From assembly GCA_963664015.2 (NCBI GenBank), contig CAXXLF010000001.1, positions 352,001 to 416,000 on the forward strand: 64,000 nucleotides of DNA. The letters run 5' to 3'. How positions within the stretch are numbered: the stretch's first letter is position 1; each line of letters starts with the position of its first letter. This DNA is from Candidatus Binatia bacterium. Its GTDB lineage: Bacteria; Desulfobacterota; Binatia; UBA9968; CAXXLF01. The notes under the pieces are model-generated. The model searched no databases, was not told the DNA's origin, and worked only from the letters and a program-made list of their open reading frames with translations. A program made the position numbers and the translations under genes. Positions 17,594-27,770 of this stretch are shown piece by piece.

Positions 17594-18526
17594 CTATGTT
17601 GCAGGATCCAGCGAGACAAAGCGGGATTCGAATGCACAAAGTTCTTTGATCATATCTTGGATGCTTTGCGGGTTAATGTATCCTGCACTCTCCCATAGCA
17701 AGCGGTTCAATGCCGGATTTTTCGTGGCCAGGGTTCGGTCGACGGAGTTTTGTGACGTTCCATAGTTGACTATTATATCCCCTCGAACATACCCACTAGC
17801 CAAATCCGCTAAGAGTTCCGCTTTCGTCACGTCATCCTCAGGCACAATGTGATGCAAAGAGGGCATTTTAAGGTTGCGTTTGATAATCCCATGACAAATC
17901 TTCGCAAATTGCAGTGTGGTTATACCATTCCATCGATGATTGGTGAATCCAGTCACCGTGGACCCCAACGGCTGTTTCAAAAACCACTCTAGAAGGGAAA
18001 CCTGGTTTTTAACCTCGGGGCCGATAATAGAGCAACGCAGATGAAACACCTGCTTTGAAGAAACCTCTCCCAAGCTTTTTGTTTTACCGTAAACATCGTC
18101 AGGATGATGAGGAGCATCTTCCGAATAACGTCCCTCCTTACCCGAGTAAACACAATCCGTCGCAATTTGGATGACCCGGCGTCCAGTTGACTCTGCTTCC
18201 CGGGCAAGTAAATACGGGAAAAGCGCATTGATCTGGATAGCACGCTGGATGTCTGGAGCACTACCGTCCTTTATAAACGGCTTGATTACCCCGATAGCAT
18301 TGACAATCCAGTCGTAGTTCTCGATCCAAGAGACGCCTTGACAAGAAAGCCCATCCTCAATATCCAGCAGATGCCACTGTACTTCTGGAAACAACCGACC
18401 GCAGTGCTCCAGATATCCCTTATTTCGAACCGTAGCCCCGATCTTTATAGCAGGATCTCTGGCAAGCCAGTCCACAACCATGGAGCCGAGCATCCCGGAG
18501 CCCCCCAAAATTAACGCCCTTATCAT
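17594..18526 (-). CDS. RmlD-like NDP-4-keto-sugar reductase (QnlA/FnlB-like SDR)
   Basis: GGSGMLG, NAIG, ATDCVYSG, YGKTK, RCSIIG. Confidence 0.8.
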   Translation of the reverse strand: MIRALILGGSGMLGSMVVDWLARDPAIKIGATVRNKGYLEHCGRLFPEVQWHLLDIEDGLSCQGVSWIENYDWIVNAIGVIKPFIKDGSAPDIQRAIQINALFPYLLAREAESTGRRVIQIATDCVYSGKEGRYSEDAPHHPDDVYGKTKSLGEVSSKQVFHLRCSIIGPEVKNQVSLLEWFLKQPLGSTVTGFTNHRWNGITTLQFAKICHGIIKRNLKMPSLHHIVPEDDVTKAELLADLASGYVRGDIIVNYGTSQNSVDRTLATKNPALNRLLWESAGYINPQSIQDMIKELCAFESRFVSLDPAT

Positions 18527-18555
18527 AGGAGTCGTCTCAACGACAAATCAGAACC

Positions 18556-19002
18556 TTATCGCTCCGTGATCCGCCATGGGTCCCAGTATCTAGAATCGAA
18601 ACGGGTATCATCCTTCAGGCTTTCTTCCAGCGTAGCCGTTGAAAAATACACTATCTTGGCATCCTCTGTGAGAGTCATGGACCCGTTGGCGTAACCTTTG
18701 GGAATATTCAACACAGTGGGTTTAGCCGCGGATAAGGCAAACCGGTGCACTTCTAGGTTTTTCGACGGCTGATCCCAGTGATCTATCTCCACAGCACAGA
18801 TAAGGGCAGCTCCAGATACGACGGTAACGTATTTCTCCTCCTTTTGATGGCCATGCCAAGCACGAATAAAGCCGGCACGGTGGTTGGAGACGATATAGAA
18901 GCGCCTGATATTCTCAAAACTAAACTCATTTACAAAGCGGACTTCCCCACGATCATCGGCGGCGATCTCTCCGTGGATTAGCGTAGGAACAATTGTAGCC
19001 AT
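18556..19002 (-). CDS. Cupin sugar epimerase/isomerase (RmlC/FdtA-like)
   Basis: DDRG, RRFY, RAWHGH..EEK, IPKGYANG. Start taken at ATG 19002. Confidence 0.8.
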   Translation of the reverse strand: MATIVPTLIHGEIAADDRGEVRFVNEFSFENIRRFYIVSNHRAGFIRAWHGHQKEEKYVTVVSGAALICAVEIDHWDQPSKNLEVHRFALSAAKPTVLNIPKGYANGSMTLTEDAKIVYFSTATLEESLKDDTRFDSRYWDPWRITER

Positions 19003-19021
19003 TTCTACCCTCGTTAATCTA

Positions 19022-19969
19022 TCAATGGGGTGAAAGATGGGTTCCGAACCTTGCCAGGTAGCCGTCATTGGTGTAGCGTACGTTGTTAACGTCTTTAATT
19101 CGCCTCACTTCCAAGAGATCTTTAATCTCTTCGATTCCCTCGTCAATGGAACGACTCGGGTTGAAACCCAGTTGACAACGGGCCTTTTGATTAGACACCC
19201 GGTAATTCCTTGCATCCTGGAACGTCATCTCCGTTCGCTCGATCTGCAAGTCTGGGAAATGATTACGGATCTGATAGGCTAAATCGATAATACGTACGTT
19301 CTGGCGATGGAGATTAAAAATCCCGCATTGGCTGGTTTCTAGGTTATCCAAAATGGCCTGTGCCGCATCCCTCACGTGCAAGAGAGGTCGGAATTGATTC
19401 CCGCCGAATACGGTTATCCGTCCTAGCGTACATGCTTTGACGACCAGGGTATTCAGGGCTAGATCAAGCCGGATACGCGAATAAAGATCCCCTACCCCAA
19501 AGAGGGTCCCCAAGCGGAAGATAAGAGAGTTTTTATTACACAGGTATCCCTCTGCCGCCAATTTGGTGGCTGCATAAACGGACAGCGGCTTGGCAGGCGA
19601 GGTCTCATTAAGTTCGGTATCCTGAGCACCATAAACGGAACATGTAGACGGAAACAGGATTCTCCCGTCAAAATGGTCGGCGAGCCACGCTACCGTGTGC
19701 TGATTGATCTCCGTGGCCACATCGGAATTTAAGGCGCAGGCAGCGTCACCCACAAGGGCAGCGAGCCAGACGACCCCATCAGCCCAATTCAGGTTCGCCG
19801 CAAGAGCATCGCGGTCCCGCACGTCCCCATAAACGAAGCTTACCGGCTTGCGATATTCTTCTTCATACAGTAGGGCGTCATAGACCCGCACATTGTGCTT
19901 CCCATGCCGCAACAAGTCGGTGAGAGCCCCGCCGATATAACCAGCGCCGCCAACAATTAAGACTTTCAT
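19022..19969 (-). CDS. NAD-dependent sugar epimerase/dehydratase (extended SDR)
   Basis: GGAGYIG, STCSVYG, YAATK. AAGGAG SD before ATG 19969. Confidence 0.85.
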   Translation of the reverse strand: MKVLIVGGAGYIGGALTDLLRHGKHNVRVYDALLYEEEYRKPVSFVYGDVRDRDALAANLNWADGVVWLAALVGDAACALNSDVATEINQHTVAWLADHFDGRILFPSTCSVYGAQDTELNETSPAKPLSVYAATKLAAEGYLCNKNSLIFRLGTLFGVGDLYSRIRLDLALNTLVVKACTLGRITVFGGNQFRPLLHVRDAAQAILDNLETSQCGIFNLHRQNVRIIDLAYQIRNHFPDLQIERTEMTFQDARNYRVSNQKARCQLGFNPSRSIDEGIEEIKDLLEVRRIKDVNNVRYTNDGYLARFGTHLSPH

Positions 19970-20142
19970 CTGAACTCCTTTTTCAGGACCTGATTCCATG
20001 TGCTGATAAATTGCATTAATCCAACCAGAAACTGACGGTCAATACCGTTCCCTGATAAAAGTTTTCGCCTCCCAGCGGACCCGTCTTTCTCTCTAGTATG
20101 AACCCATGAACCTTGTGGGCATGTTATAGCGATTTTTTTCAC

Positions 20143-21312
20143 TCACTGAATACCCCTGGCTCGCAAAAGCTCGCGGTAAAGCTTCTCATGAAATTGAGCA
20201 TTCACACGCGCGTTGAAGCGTTCTTCCACTGCTTGCCGCCCCCTTTCCCCAAACGATTGGCGTAACCGAGGAGACTCAAGCAAGCAGCAGATCGCCTTGG
20301 CAAGCTCTTCGGAATTCCTCGGTGGGACAACCCAACCGGACTCTCCATGGCGAACCGCCTCGCGGCTTCCCCCAATATCCGTAACGATAACGGCCTTTCC
20401 TAACCCCATCGCTTCGAGAACCGATCGTGGGAACCCTTCCGACAATGATGGGAGCACGTAAATATCCATGGTATCCAGCAAAGCTATGGCATCATTTCGA
20501 TATCCCAGCAGATGGACATTCTCTCCAATGCCAAGATCCCGGATTTGATTCTCAATTGCATGCCGTTCCGACCCATCCCCGGCCAGCAGAAAGTGTACTT
20601 GCCGATGCCGGGAGAGAACCGTTTTCGCCGCAGCTACCAAATAAGAAAGACCTTTCCAAGGTCTCAAGACCGAGAGCGTTCCTACAAGTGGGACTCCACG
20701 CGGGAGGTTCAGTTCTCCCCGTATTAATGTTGCGTGCGACCGGAGGCGGGCCAACCGTTCCAGGTCCACGCCGTTGGGTATCACTCGAATCTTAGCCGGG
20801 GATATTTTCTGAACCTTTATGAGATGCTCCCTAACTCCCTCGGACACGGCAATAAGCGAATCTGCGAGAGTTGTTGCGACTTTGCTACCCATTATTGCTA
20901 GTTGCGCTACCAAATGGGACTGGCCTGCCCGAAACAAATCCCACTCATTGCCTCGGATACTTGTGACAACGATGGGAACCTTGGCTAACTTTGCAGCCAA
21001 ACCAGCCCACAGGTCCGCTCTAAAGGCATGAGTATGAATGATATCCGCACGCGCTGCCAGCATGTACCGAGTCAACCTGGGAAGAACGCGCATATCAACG
21101 AAGCCGGTCATTCCCATGGAGATATGTCGGATCCCTGAACTATTCAGGTCGGCTACTGTAGTAGAATACGATTTAGCCAGACCCCTTAGGCTCACGGCCG
21201 TGACATGAAATTCATTTGAATTTAGATACCTAGCGAGGGCGGCAGCCCCTTGCGCGGGAGCACTGTCGTTGAAAGCAGAATTGACCTGGATAACCCGGAT
21301 ACGTCGAATCAT
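20143..21312 (-). CDS. GT4 glycosyltransferase
   Basis: DIIHTH, IPNGVD, PSLSEGFPRSVLEAM, TDIGG. Confidence 0.92.
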   Translation of the reverse strand: MIRRIRVIQVNSAFNDSAPAQGAAALARYLNSNEFHVTAVSLRGLAKSYSTTVADLNSSGIRHISMGMTGFVDMRVLPRLTRYMLAARADIIHTHAFRADLWAGLAAKLAKVPIVVTSIRGNEWDLFRAGQSHLVAQLAIMGSKVATTLADSLIAVSEGVREHLIKVQKISPAKIRVIPNGVDLERLARLRSHATLIRGELNLPRGVPLVGTLSVLRPWKGLSYLVAAAKTVLSRHRQVHFLLAGDGSERHAIENQIRDLGIGENVHLLGYRNDAIALLDTMDIYVLPSLSEGFPRSVLEAMGLGKAVIVTDIGGSREAVRHGESGWVVPPRNSEELAKAICCLLESPRLRQSFGERGRQAVEERFNARVNAQFHEKLYRELLRARGIQ

Positions 21313-23327
21313 GGAGACGTTGTCTCCATGGGCTCCCTAAACACCGAAGGCAACGTTGCCGGCGAGTCGAGAAACCGCTGATGCCAAAGCTCCAGATTCA
21401 CGAGCGCCCAGAGCTTGTATCCGTGGTCCGTTACCCCCCCCATATGGGCTTGGAGCAGATCCTCCACACTCTTTCGGCGGAAGTACCCACGCCCGATACT
21501 GGAAGCTGATAGCAACACATCCTCCGCCATCTCTCGAAGCTCTCCACGCAACCAGTGGCTGACCGGAACGGCAAACCCCTGCTTCGAGCGATGGACTATC
21601 CCTGGCGGGAGAAGCTCTTTAACAGCCTTTTTTAATATATATTTGGTAGTCAAGCCATGGACTTTGAGACCTGACGGCATCTCGGCAACTCGTTCAATAA
21701 GTGTATGGTCCAAAAACGGGGACCGGGCTTCAAGGCCGTGCGCCATGGTGGCCCGATCAACCTTCACCATGAGATCGTCGGGAAGGTAAACCTCCAGATC
21801 CCACAGCTGGAGCCGTCTAATCCAGTCAACCCCCGCATGTTCCTCGAACGATTTGACTCGGCGCTCGAGGGAATCCGCACCATTGAATGAGGCCTGCATT
21901 TCAGGACTGTAGAGCGCTGCCTTAACGGCATTGGGGAAAATCATCCTCCACTCCCTCCGTTCGGGGAGCATAGCAGCTTTTTCTACAAATCGTTTTGCCC
22001 TTCGCAGCACCGCATTTCGCGAGCTGGACTCGGGCATGGGAGAGAGAATAGCTTCGATAGCGCGCCTGACCAGACGCGGGATTTTACCATAAAATTCCAC
22101 GTATTGCTCCGCAAGATAGGATTCATACCCGGCAAAGGATTCGTCGCCACCATCTCCAGTGAGGACCACCTTGACATGTTCCCGCGCGAGTTGGGCTAAC
22201 AGATACGTCGGAAGAATCGAGGCATCGGCAAACGGCTCATCCAAGTGCCATACCAGATCAGGAAGGAGATCCGCCGCTTGAGGCTCGACGATGTACTCGT
22301 GATGGTCCGTCTTGAAATGGCGTGCCACCATACGCGCGTACTTGAGCTCGTTAAAGGAGTTCTCACGAAAGCCGATAGAAAATGTCTTAACGCGATCACC
22401 CATCTGCCTGGCCATAAAGGCCACTATGGCGCTGGAATCAATGCCGCCGCTCAGGAAGGCTCCGACAGGGACATCGCTGACCAAACGCGCCTTCACGCAT
22501 TCCTCTAAGCAATCACGGGTATCATCGCACCATGCCTTTTCCGACAAACGGGAGTCTCCCGTGCGGCTAAACCAACTCGAAGGATCCCAATAGCTCTCCT
22601 TCCTAAGCTCTCCATGTTCCCAAATGACAAGATGACCGGGCGGAACTTTATGAACGTTTTGAAAGATGGACTGCTCACCAGGGACGTAGCCAAAGGTAAG
22701 ATAATCATGAATTGCCGCTGGGTTTATTTGCCGTTCAAAGCCTGGCACCGCCAACAAGGCCTTTAGCTCCGAAGTAAACATAAAGGAATGATTACCCTGA
22801 TAGTAAAACAACGGCTTTTTGCCGATCCGATCTCTACCCAGAACAAGCCGCTCCAAGGCTGGATCCCAGATGGCGAAGGCGAACATTCCCCGAAGCTTTT
22901 CAACGCACTTTAAACCCCATATCCGATAGGCATGTAGAAGGACTTCGCTATCCGTTTTGCTGCGAAACTTAACACCGTGAGAAAGGAGTTCCTCCCTGAG
23001 CTCGCGATAGTTATAGATTTCACCGTTATAAGTCAGCCATGTCCCCGTTTGTTGATCCCGCATCGGTTGGCGGCCCGCGCTGCTGAGGTCTATGATGCTG
23101 AGACGCCTATGCCCCAACATTAGCGAACAACTTTGTGGTACCGGAAGGATGGTGATTCTTTGATCCGGCGCTACTGTAGATTGATTACCCCAAGTTTTGT
23201 TCGGCAACAGCAGAACTACTCCCCAATCGTCCGGCCCGCGATGCCGCAGCGTCCCGGTAGCTGCGACAAGCTCGTTTACGTTAGACCTCTGCTGACCTGT
23301 TTCTATAATCCCGAATATTCCGCACAT
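21309..23327 (-). CDS. asnB: Asparagine synthase (glutamine-hydrolysing)-like amidotransferase
   Basis: MCGIFG (Cys2), HRGPDD, GHRRLSIID, YNGEIYN, FLSGGIDSS, TGDGGDE, K.GF. Confidence 0.93.
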   Translation of the reverse strand: MCGIFGIIETGQQRSNVNELVAATGTLRHRGPDDWGVVLLLPNKTWGNQSTVAPDQRITILPVPQSCSLMLGHRRLSIIDLSSAGRQPMRDQQTGTWLTYNGEIYNYRELREELLSHGVKFRSKTDSEVLLHAYRIWGLKCVEKLRGMFAFAIWDPALERLVLGRDRIGKKPLFYYQGNHSFMFTSELKALLAVPGFERQINPAAIHDYLTFGYVPGEQSIFQNVHKVPPGHLVIWEHGELRKESYWDPSSWFSRTGDSRLSEKAWCDDTRDCLEECVKARLVSDVPVGAFLSGGIDSSAIVAFMARQMGDRVKTFSIGFRENSFNELKYARMVARHFKTDHHEYIVEPQAADLLPDLVWHLDEPFADASILPTYLLAQLAREHVKVVLTGDGGDESFAGYESYLAEQYVEFYGKIPRLVRRAIEAILSPMPESSSRNAVLRRAKRFVEKAAMLPERREWRMIFPNAVKAALYSPEMQASFNGADSLERRVKSFEEHAGVDWIRRLQLWDLEVYLPDDLMVKVDRATMAHGLEARSPFLDHTLIERVAEMPSGLKVHGLTTKYILKKAVKELLPPGIVHRSKQGFAVPVSHWLRGELREMAEDVLLSASSIGRGYFRRKSVEDLLQAHMGGVTDHGYKLWALVNLELWHQRFLDSPATLPSVFREPMETTSP

Positions 23328-23337
23328 ATATTTTGAG

Positions 23338-24399
23338 CTAACGTTGGCCGCGCACCCCTATTTGGTTCGCCAAAAGCACAATTCGCTTTAATCCGCCCTC
23401 ATGAAACCATCCTCTCACCTCATCGTATGTATGGCGAGACTGGTATCGCGCGGAAAGGTTATCGAACGTGTCCAAGACCCTCCACTGCGGGTCTTTGTGC
23501 ATAGAGATCTTGAAGATCAATCGAAGTGGCGTCAACGGTCGAAGTTTTAACACATGGTACAGCGGGATCGCGACGTGACATAAAGCATAAAGTACTTTTA
23601 CCGGCAATTGCCTTGCAACAACTCTTAGCAAGCTATTCCAGAGATTATTAAAGCGATCCACCCAGATTGCCACAAATGAGACCATCGGCAGCCAGCGCCG
23701 AGAAGTGGAAAAGGGCGCTTGTAACACGTAAGGGATTTCACCGGCGGGGGCGAGAAACCTCTCCGGGCTATAATTGTATAGTGTGTGGAGCTTATACTTG
23801 GGATACACCCATACGGCAAGGGTGCCCCCTTCTTTTAAAAATGGGATTAGACCCATTACCGCTTCTCTACAATCCGGAGTGTGATGCAGAACGCCCATGC
23901 TGAAGATATAGTCGAAGCTATTCTTTCGGAAAGGGACATGGAAGAGATCCGCTTGGGCCAGGTGTACGTTAGGCCGCATGCCCAGGTTTTCCTGCGCGGC
24001 TTCAATTGAATAGCTCAGGTCGATTCCGACAACTTCAGCATCATACCGGCTGGCGACGTCCGAGTATCGTCCCATACCGCAGCCCACATCCAGAACCACT
24101 TTCCCCCTCAACTGTTCTCTCGTAAGCCCCGTTGACAGCAAAAATGTCTCTTCACTCTCCTTGCGATCCCCAGAATCAAGCTGGGTACGACGGTGCCGGT
24201 CCCATTGAAAACTAAAGTTATTAACGTACCCGTCGGAAGGAACTAACCGTGGCACGAATCCACGGATATCATAGCTTTGTCCGCATTGACACGAGAGCTT
24301 CCCTTCACGAATCTCTTCGGCTACATACCGTTGCTCGACGAGATTTAACTCGCCGCCACATTGCGAACAAACCACAAGCTTCAAGAAGGACATTCTCAT
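23338..24399 (-). CDS. Class I SAM methyltransferase with N-terminal Trm112-like zinc ribbon
   Basis: CSQC...CQC, then VLDVGCGMGR and GVLHHT. Confidence 0.85.
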   Translation of the reverse strand: MRMSFLKLVVCSQCGGELNLVEQRYVAEEIREGKLSCQCGQSYDIRGFVPRLVPSDGYVNNFSFQWDRHRRTQLDSGDRKESEETFLLSTGLTREQLRGKVVLDVGCGMGRYSDVASRYDAEVVGIDLSYSIEAAQENLGMRPNVHLAQADLFHVPFRKNSFDYIFSMGVLHHTPDCREAVMGLIPFLKEGGTLAVWVYPKYKLHTLYNYSPERFLAPAGEIPYVLQAPFSTSRRWLPMVSFVAIWVDRFNNLWNSLLRVVARQLPVKVLYALCHVAIPLYHVLKLRPLTPLRLIFKISMHKDPQWRVLDTFDNLSARYQSRHTYDEVRGWFHEGGLKRIVLLANQIGVRGQR

Positions 24400-25109
24400 A
24401 TATCCTCCTTTACCAAAGTGGCAACGATATTGACTCGTCCGAAACTAAATACTGGGAAACTATTCACGACACGCTCGTAGACAACCCCAACCCGGTAAAG
24501 TATCCGCGAAAACTCCAGATAATTTGGGCTTGTCTCCAGCATCTCCATGGTTTCTACCCGGAACCCTGATTGCGCTGCTAGTCGCTTTAAGCGCCAACCC
24601 GTATTCGCGCGATAGAATGTCTTGAAGGTATCCTCCTCCGCGATTCCATAAGCCTCCTTGAACCAACGATGGACTCGCCAGGAAGCTAGGCGCGAAACGA
24701 GCGTAACGTAGTGCCAGAGATTCGGTGTCAACAGGACGATTTCCCCCTTCACCCGAAGGACCCGGTAGAACTCGCTAAAGATGTTATTGGGTCGCTCCAC
24801 ATGTTCGAGGACGTACCGGCATAATATCAGATCTACAGAATTGTCCTTCAGTGGGAGCATTTCCAGCGTTCCCCGAGCAGCGTGATCGATACTCCGATTC
24901 TTTGCGATTTCATTATCCATGTCGATTCCCAAGATGACTCGGTTGCCCATTCTGAGATCATGAGACGCGGCTCTCCCACTGCCGCATCCGGCATCAAGCA
25001 CCACCGAGGAATGACACAGGCATTTGTCCACATGAGATTGAAACAACTGATCTTCACCTCTATAATTCGGATAGAAGTTTTCGAATAGATCTTTTATTCG
25101 CTTATGCAT
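24396..25109 (-). CDS. Class I SAM methyltransferase
   Basis: VLDAGCGSG, YVLEHV, LTPN, YRAN. Confidence 0.85.
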   Translation of the reverse strand: MHKRIKDLFENFYPNYRGEDQLFQSHVDKCLCHSSVVLDAGCGSGRAASHDLRMGNRVILGIDMDNEIAKNRSIDHAARGTLEMLPLKDNSVDLILCRYVLEHVERPNNIFSEFYRVLRVKGEIVLLTPNLWHYVTLVSRLASWRVHRWFKEAYGIAEEDTFKTFYRANTGWRLKRLAAQSGFRVETMEMLETSPNYLEFSRILYRVGVVYERVVNSFPVFSFGRVNIVATLVKEDI

Positions 25110-25181
25110 TCTGGTCGCCCGACTGCAAGCTTATTTTGCGGTATCCAAGACCGACAAGGCGCTATATCTGAGCCGTTGCGC

Positions 25182-26834
25182 TTATTTCGTTGCCAGGTAA
25201 ATACGGACACTGGTATCACCCCTTTCCGGGGTAAACACCTCCACGGTTCCAACGACTTTGAGAGTGATTCCTTCCCAGCCCAGAAGTCTTCTTACCGATT
25301 CCATGGCAGCCGGGTTTAACGCGATATATCGATCTTCAACTAGATATACCGGTCTTCTTGAAACCCGGTTGGACCAGTCCGACGGGCTCAATCCAGCAAG
25401 AATGGCAACATCTCGTTGCCCGTAATAAAAATAATGCTGAGCCCGAGATGGAGTAACGATGAGGGCGGTTGCCGGAGTGTTCTCCCGTACCCATTGGACA
25501 ATTGCATTAGTGTGATCCGGGTAGTGATGGTAAGGATATTTGATATATATAGGTGAGTAGTAGGTCAAATATGCGAATCGCGGCCACCAGGCAAAAAGTA
25601 TTGCAGGAGGATAAATCAGCAATAGATGCCAGACGACCACCAGGGAGATGACGATGATGGCGAGTCCTACCCGCATGGCCTCCCAACCGGAATATAATGC
25701 ATAGGCCGAAACGATGGCCGTAAAAGGAACAAGGGGCAGGACATAGCGCGGCCCGGCACCGCTCGATGATACGGGGAAGGCTCCGTTGACCAATAGCAAG
25801 GGTAATACGATCAACCCTCCCATCGCGAGAAAGGGAGAAATCGTATGCCACCGCCGGCGGAGCATGGTCAAGGCGCCAAACAACGGAAAATGATATACCA
25901 CAATTATGATCGCCATCACCGCAATGCCGGGTAATCCGAAGAATCTATCCGAGCCATTGAGAAGGTAATCCAAACTCAATCGGATACCCGTTTGATAATG
26001 GGTAGAGACCAAAGGCTGACCAAAGTTAACCATATTGAAATACAAACTCGGAGCCAACCCGGCCAGCAACGCCACTCCCCCAACCAATATGCATTTACCA
26101 CGCGCGGCCCAATTTGACTTTCCAGCATGATCGGCATTCCGTTCGCTCCAGTAGAGCAAGTAACCCCATACCGGAGCGAACATAATCGCCGTATCACGAA
26201 CCGCGAGCATAAAGCCAAACAGGAAGAAAGCGAGTCCGAATCGCCATTGACGGCCTCTACTTGCCTGAACCACCCGTAGCGAAACGAGGCCGCCCGGTCC
26301 ATTGTAAACAGCCAAGGCGCTGATCAAATAGTACAGCGAAGCTACAAAAAGGGCAGCCGAAAGGTTATTTGTAAAGATTTGCCCGCTGATCCCGATCGCC
26401 AGCGGATGGATGGCGGCAAACGTTCCGGCGAGAATGGCCAGCCCCTCGGATCTAAATACCGCAAAGGCAATGGCCGCCGTCAGCGGTGCGATGAGACTTG
26501 AAACCGTGACCGTGAATATCCTCGCCACCCCCTCGTTGGCGCCAAAAATTCCAAATATTCCAGCAAGCGTGAGAGGGAATCCCACGGGCCACGATGGAAG
26601 ATTATACTCCAATACGGCATGCGCCGCTCCCACCCCTGGCATACGGTAGACACCGGTCGCCAACAGGTACTTCGCCGCCTCGACCAAGGTGAAAGAGTCC
26701 TCAGCAAGGTTGTGGCCCGGCATACAAAGCCACCGTAAAGCCAACGCAATCCCGAATAAAAGGATAACATACCGCAATTTCAGCTGGCTGGGCACAGCAC
26801 GCGAGCATTCCACAGTTTTCGCCGAGAGAGTCAA
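25182..26834 (-). CDS. GT-C (PMT/GT39-like) multi-pass membrane glycosyltransferase
   Basis: ALALR TM followed by acidic ED motif, WPVGFP loop, about 11 TM segments, PRYVLP, C-terminal soluble domain. Confidence 0.7.
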   Translation of the reverse strand: MTLSAKTVECSRAVPSQLKLRYVILLFGIALALRWLCMPGHNLAEDSFTLVEAAKYLLATGVYRMPGVGAAHAVLEYNLPSWPVGFPLTLAGIFGIFGANEGVARIFTVTVSSLIAPLTAAIAFAVFRSEGLAILAGTFAAIHPLAIGISGQIFTNNLSAALFVASLYYLISALAVYNGPGGLVSLRVVQASRGRQWRFGLAFFLFGFMLAVRDTAIMFAPVWGYLLYWSERNADHAGKSNWAARGKCILVGGVALLAGLAPSLYFNMVNFGQPLVSTHYQTGIRLSLDYLLNGSDRFFGLPGIAVMAIIIVVYHFPLFGALTMLRRRWHTISPFLAMGGLIVLPLLLVNGAFPVSSSGAGPRYVLPLVPFTAIVSAYALYSGWEAMRVGLAIIVISLVVVWHLLLIYPPAILFAWWPRFAYLTYYSPIYIKYPYHHYPDHTNAIVQWVRENTPATALIVTPSRAQHYFYYGQRDVAILAGLSPSDWSNRVSRRPVYLVEDRYIALNPAAMESVRRLLGWEGITLKVVGTVEVFTPERGDTSVRIYLATK

Positions 26835-26843
26835 CAGCCAGCC

Positions 26844-27758
26844 CTACTCATCCGCGTTGACACCGGGCCTCTGAACCCGCCCCAAGTCGTCCCCTATCTC
26901 ATGTCGCATTCGAATCAGGCCGTCGCGAGCCCCACCCAGGACGGTTTTAAGCGCCCGCTGGGCGCAGGTCGTGACGAGGCCGGCATGCAGCGGCCGCCGC
27001 GCGCGCTGATTCATTTCTGCAGTGCACCGCGGTTCTAGAAGACCGTGCTCCAAACCAAATACTTCGCAAATACGTTTTCCGAACGAATATCTATCCATAT
27101 TGTCCGAACCGGCTAAATGATAAAGTCCATATAGATTTCGCTCTGCAAGTTCGACGCTTGCAAGCGCCAGATCACGATTGTAAGTTGTATTGGAAACCTG
27201 GTCTACGGATACGGAACTCGTTCTCGAGTCCCGAGCCGCGCGCAGAACCTGATACGCGAAGTTCTTACCCTGAATCTCCGGCCCATAAACAACAACCGTC
27301 CGTACAATTACCCATTGTTCGAGTTCCGATTGAAGGATTTGCTCAGCTTCGTATTTGCACTGGCCATAAACATTAATTGGCGACGGCGAGTCTTCCTCCA
27401 CATAGGGACCGGCGTTGCCGTCAAAAACATAGGAAGAGGAGTAAAAGAGAAACCCCGCCCCAAGTTTCCGACCGATTCGCGCCAAACCGATAGGCCCGTC
27501 CACGATCTCTCGACGGGCCACCGCCGGCTGTTCCTCACACGCGTCCGCATTGGTCATCCCTGCGGTGCAAAAAATCCAGTCCGGCCTCACGCGTTCGACG
27601 AGGGCCTGCACCGCCCCAGAATCATTCAGGTCCAGGTGTACATATCCCTTTATGGGAAAGCTTCGGTAAGTTCCGGTCGTTTGATGCCCTCCCGCCTCAA
27701 GTACCTTCATCAACGCTCCCCCAACCTGCCCGGAAGCACCTATCACCAATACGCGCAT
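26844..27758 (-). CDS. RmlD-like SDR reductase
   Basis: GASGQVG, DACE, SSSYVFDG, YGQCK. Confidence 0.85.
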   Translation of the reverse strand: MRVLVIGASGQVGGALMKVLEAGGHQTTGTYRSFPIKGYVHLDLNDSGAVQALVERVRPDWIFCTAGMTNADACEEQPAVARREIVDGPIGLARIGRKLGAGFLFYSSSYVFDGNAGPYVEEDSPSPINVYGQCKYEAEQILQSELEQWVIVRTVVVYGPEIQGKNFAYQVLRAARDSRTSSVSVDQVSNTTYNRDLALASVELAERNLYGLYHLAGSDNMDRYSFGKRICEVFGLEHGLLEPRCTAEMNQRARRPLHAGLVTTCAQRALKTVLGGARDGLIRMRHEIGDDLGRVQRPGVNADE

Positions 27759-27770
27759 CAGGTAACAATT

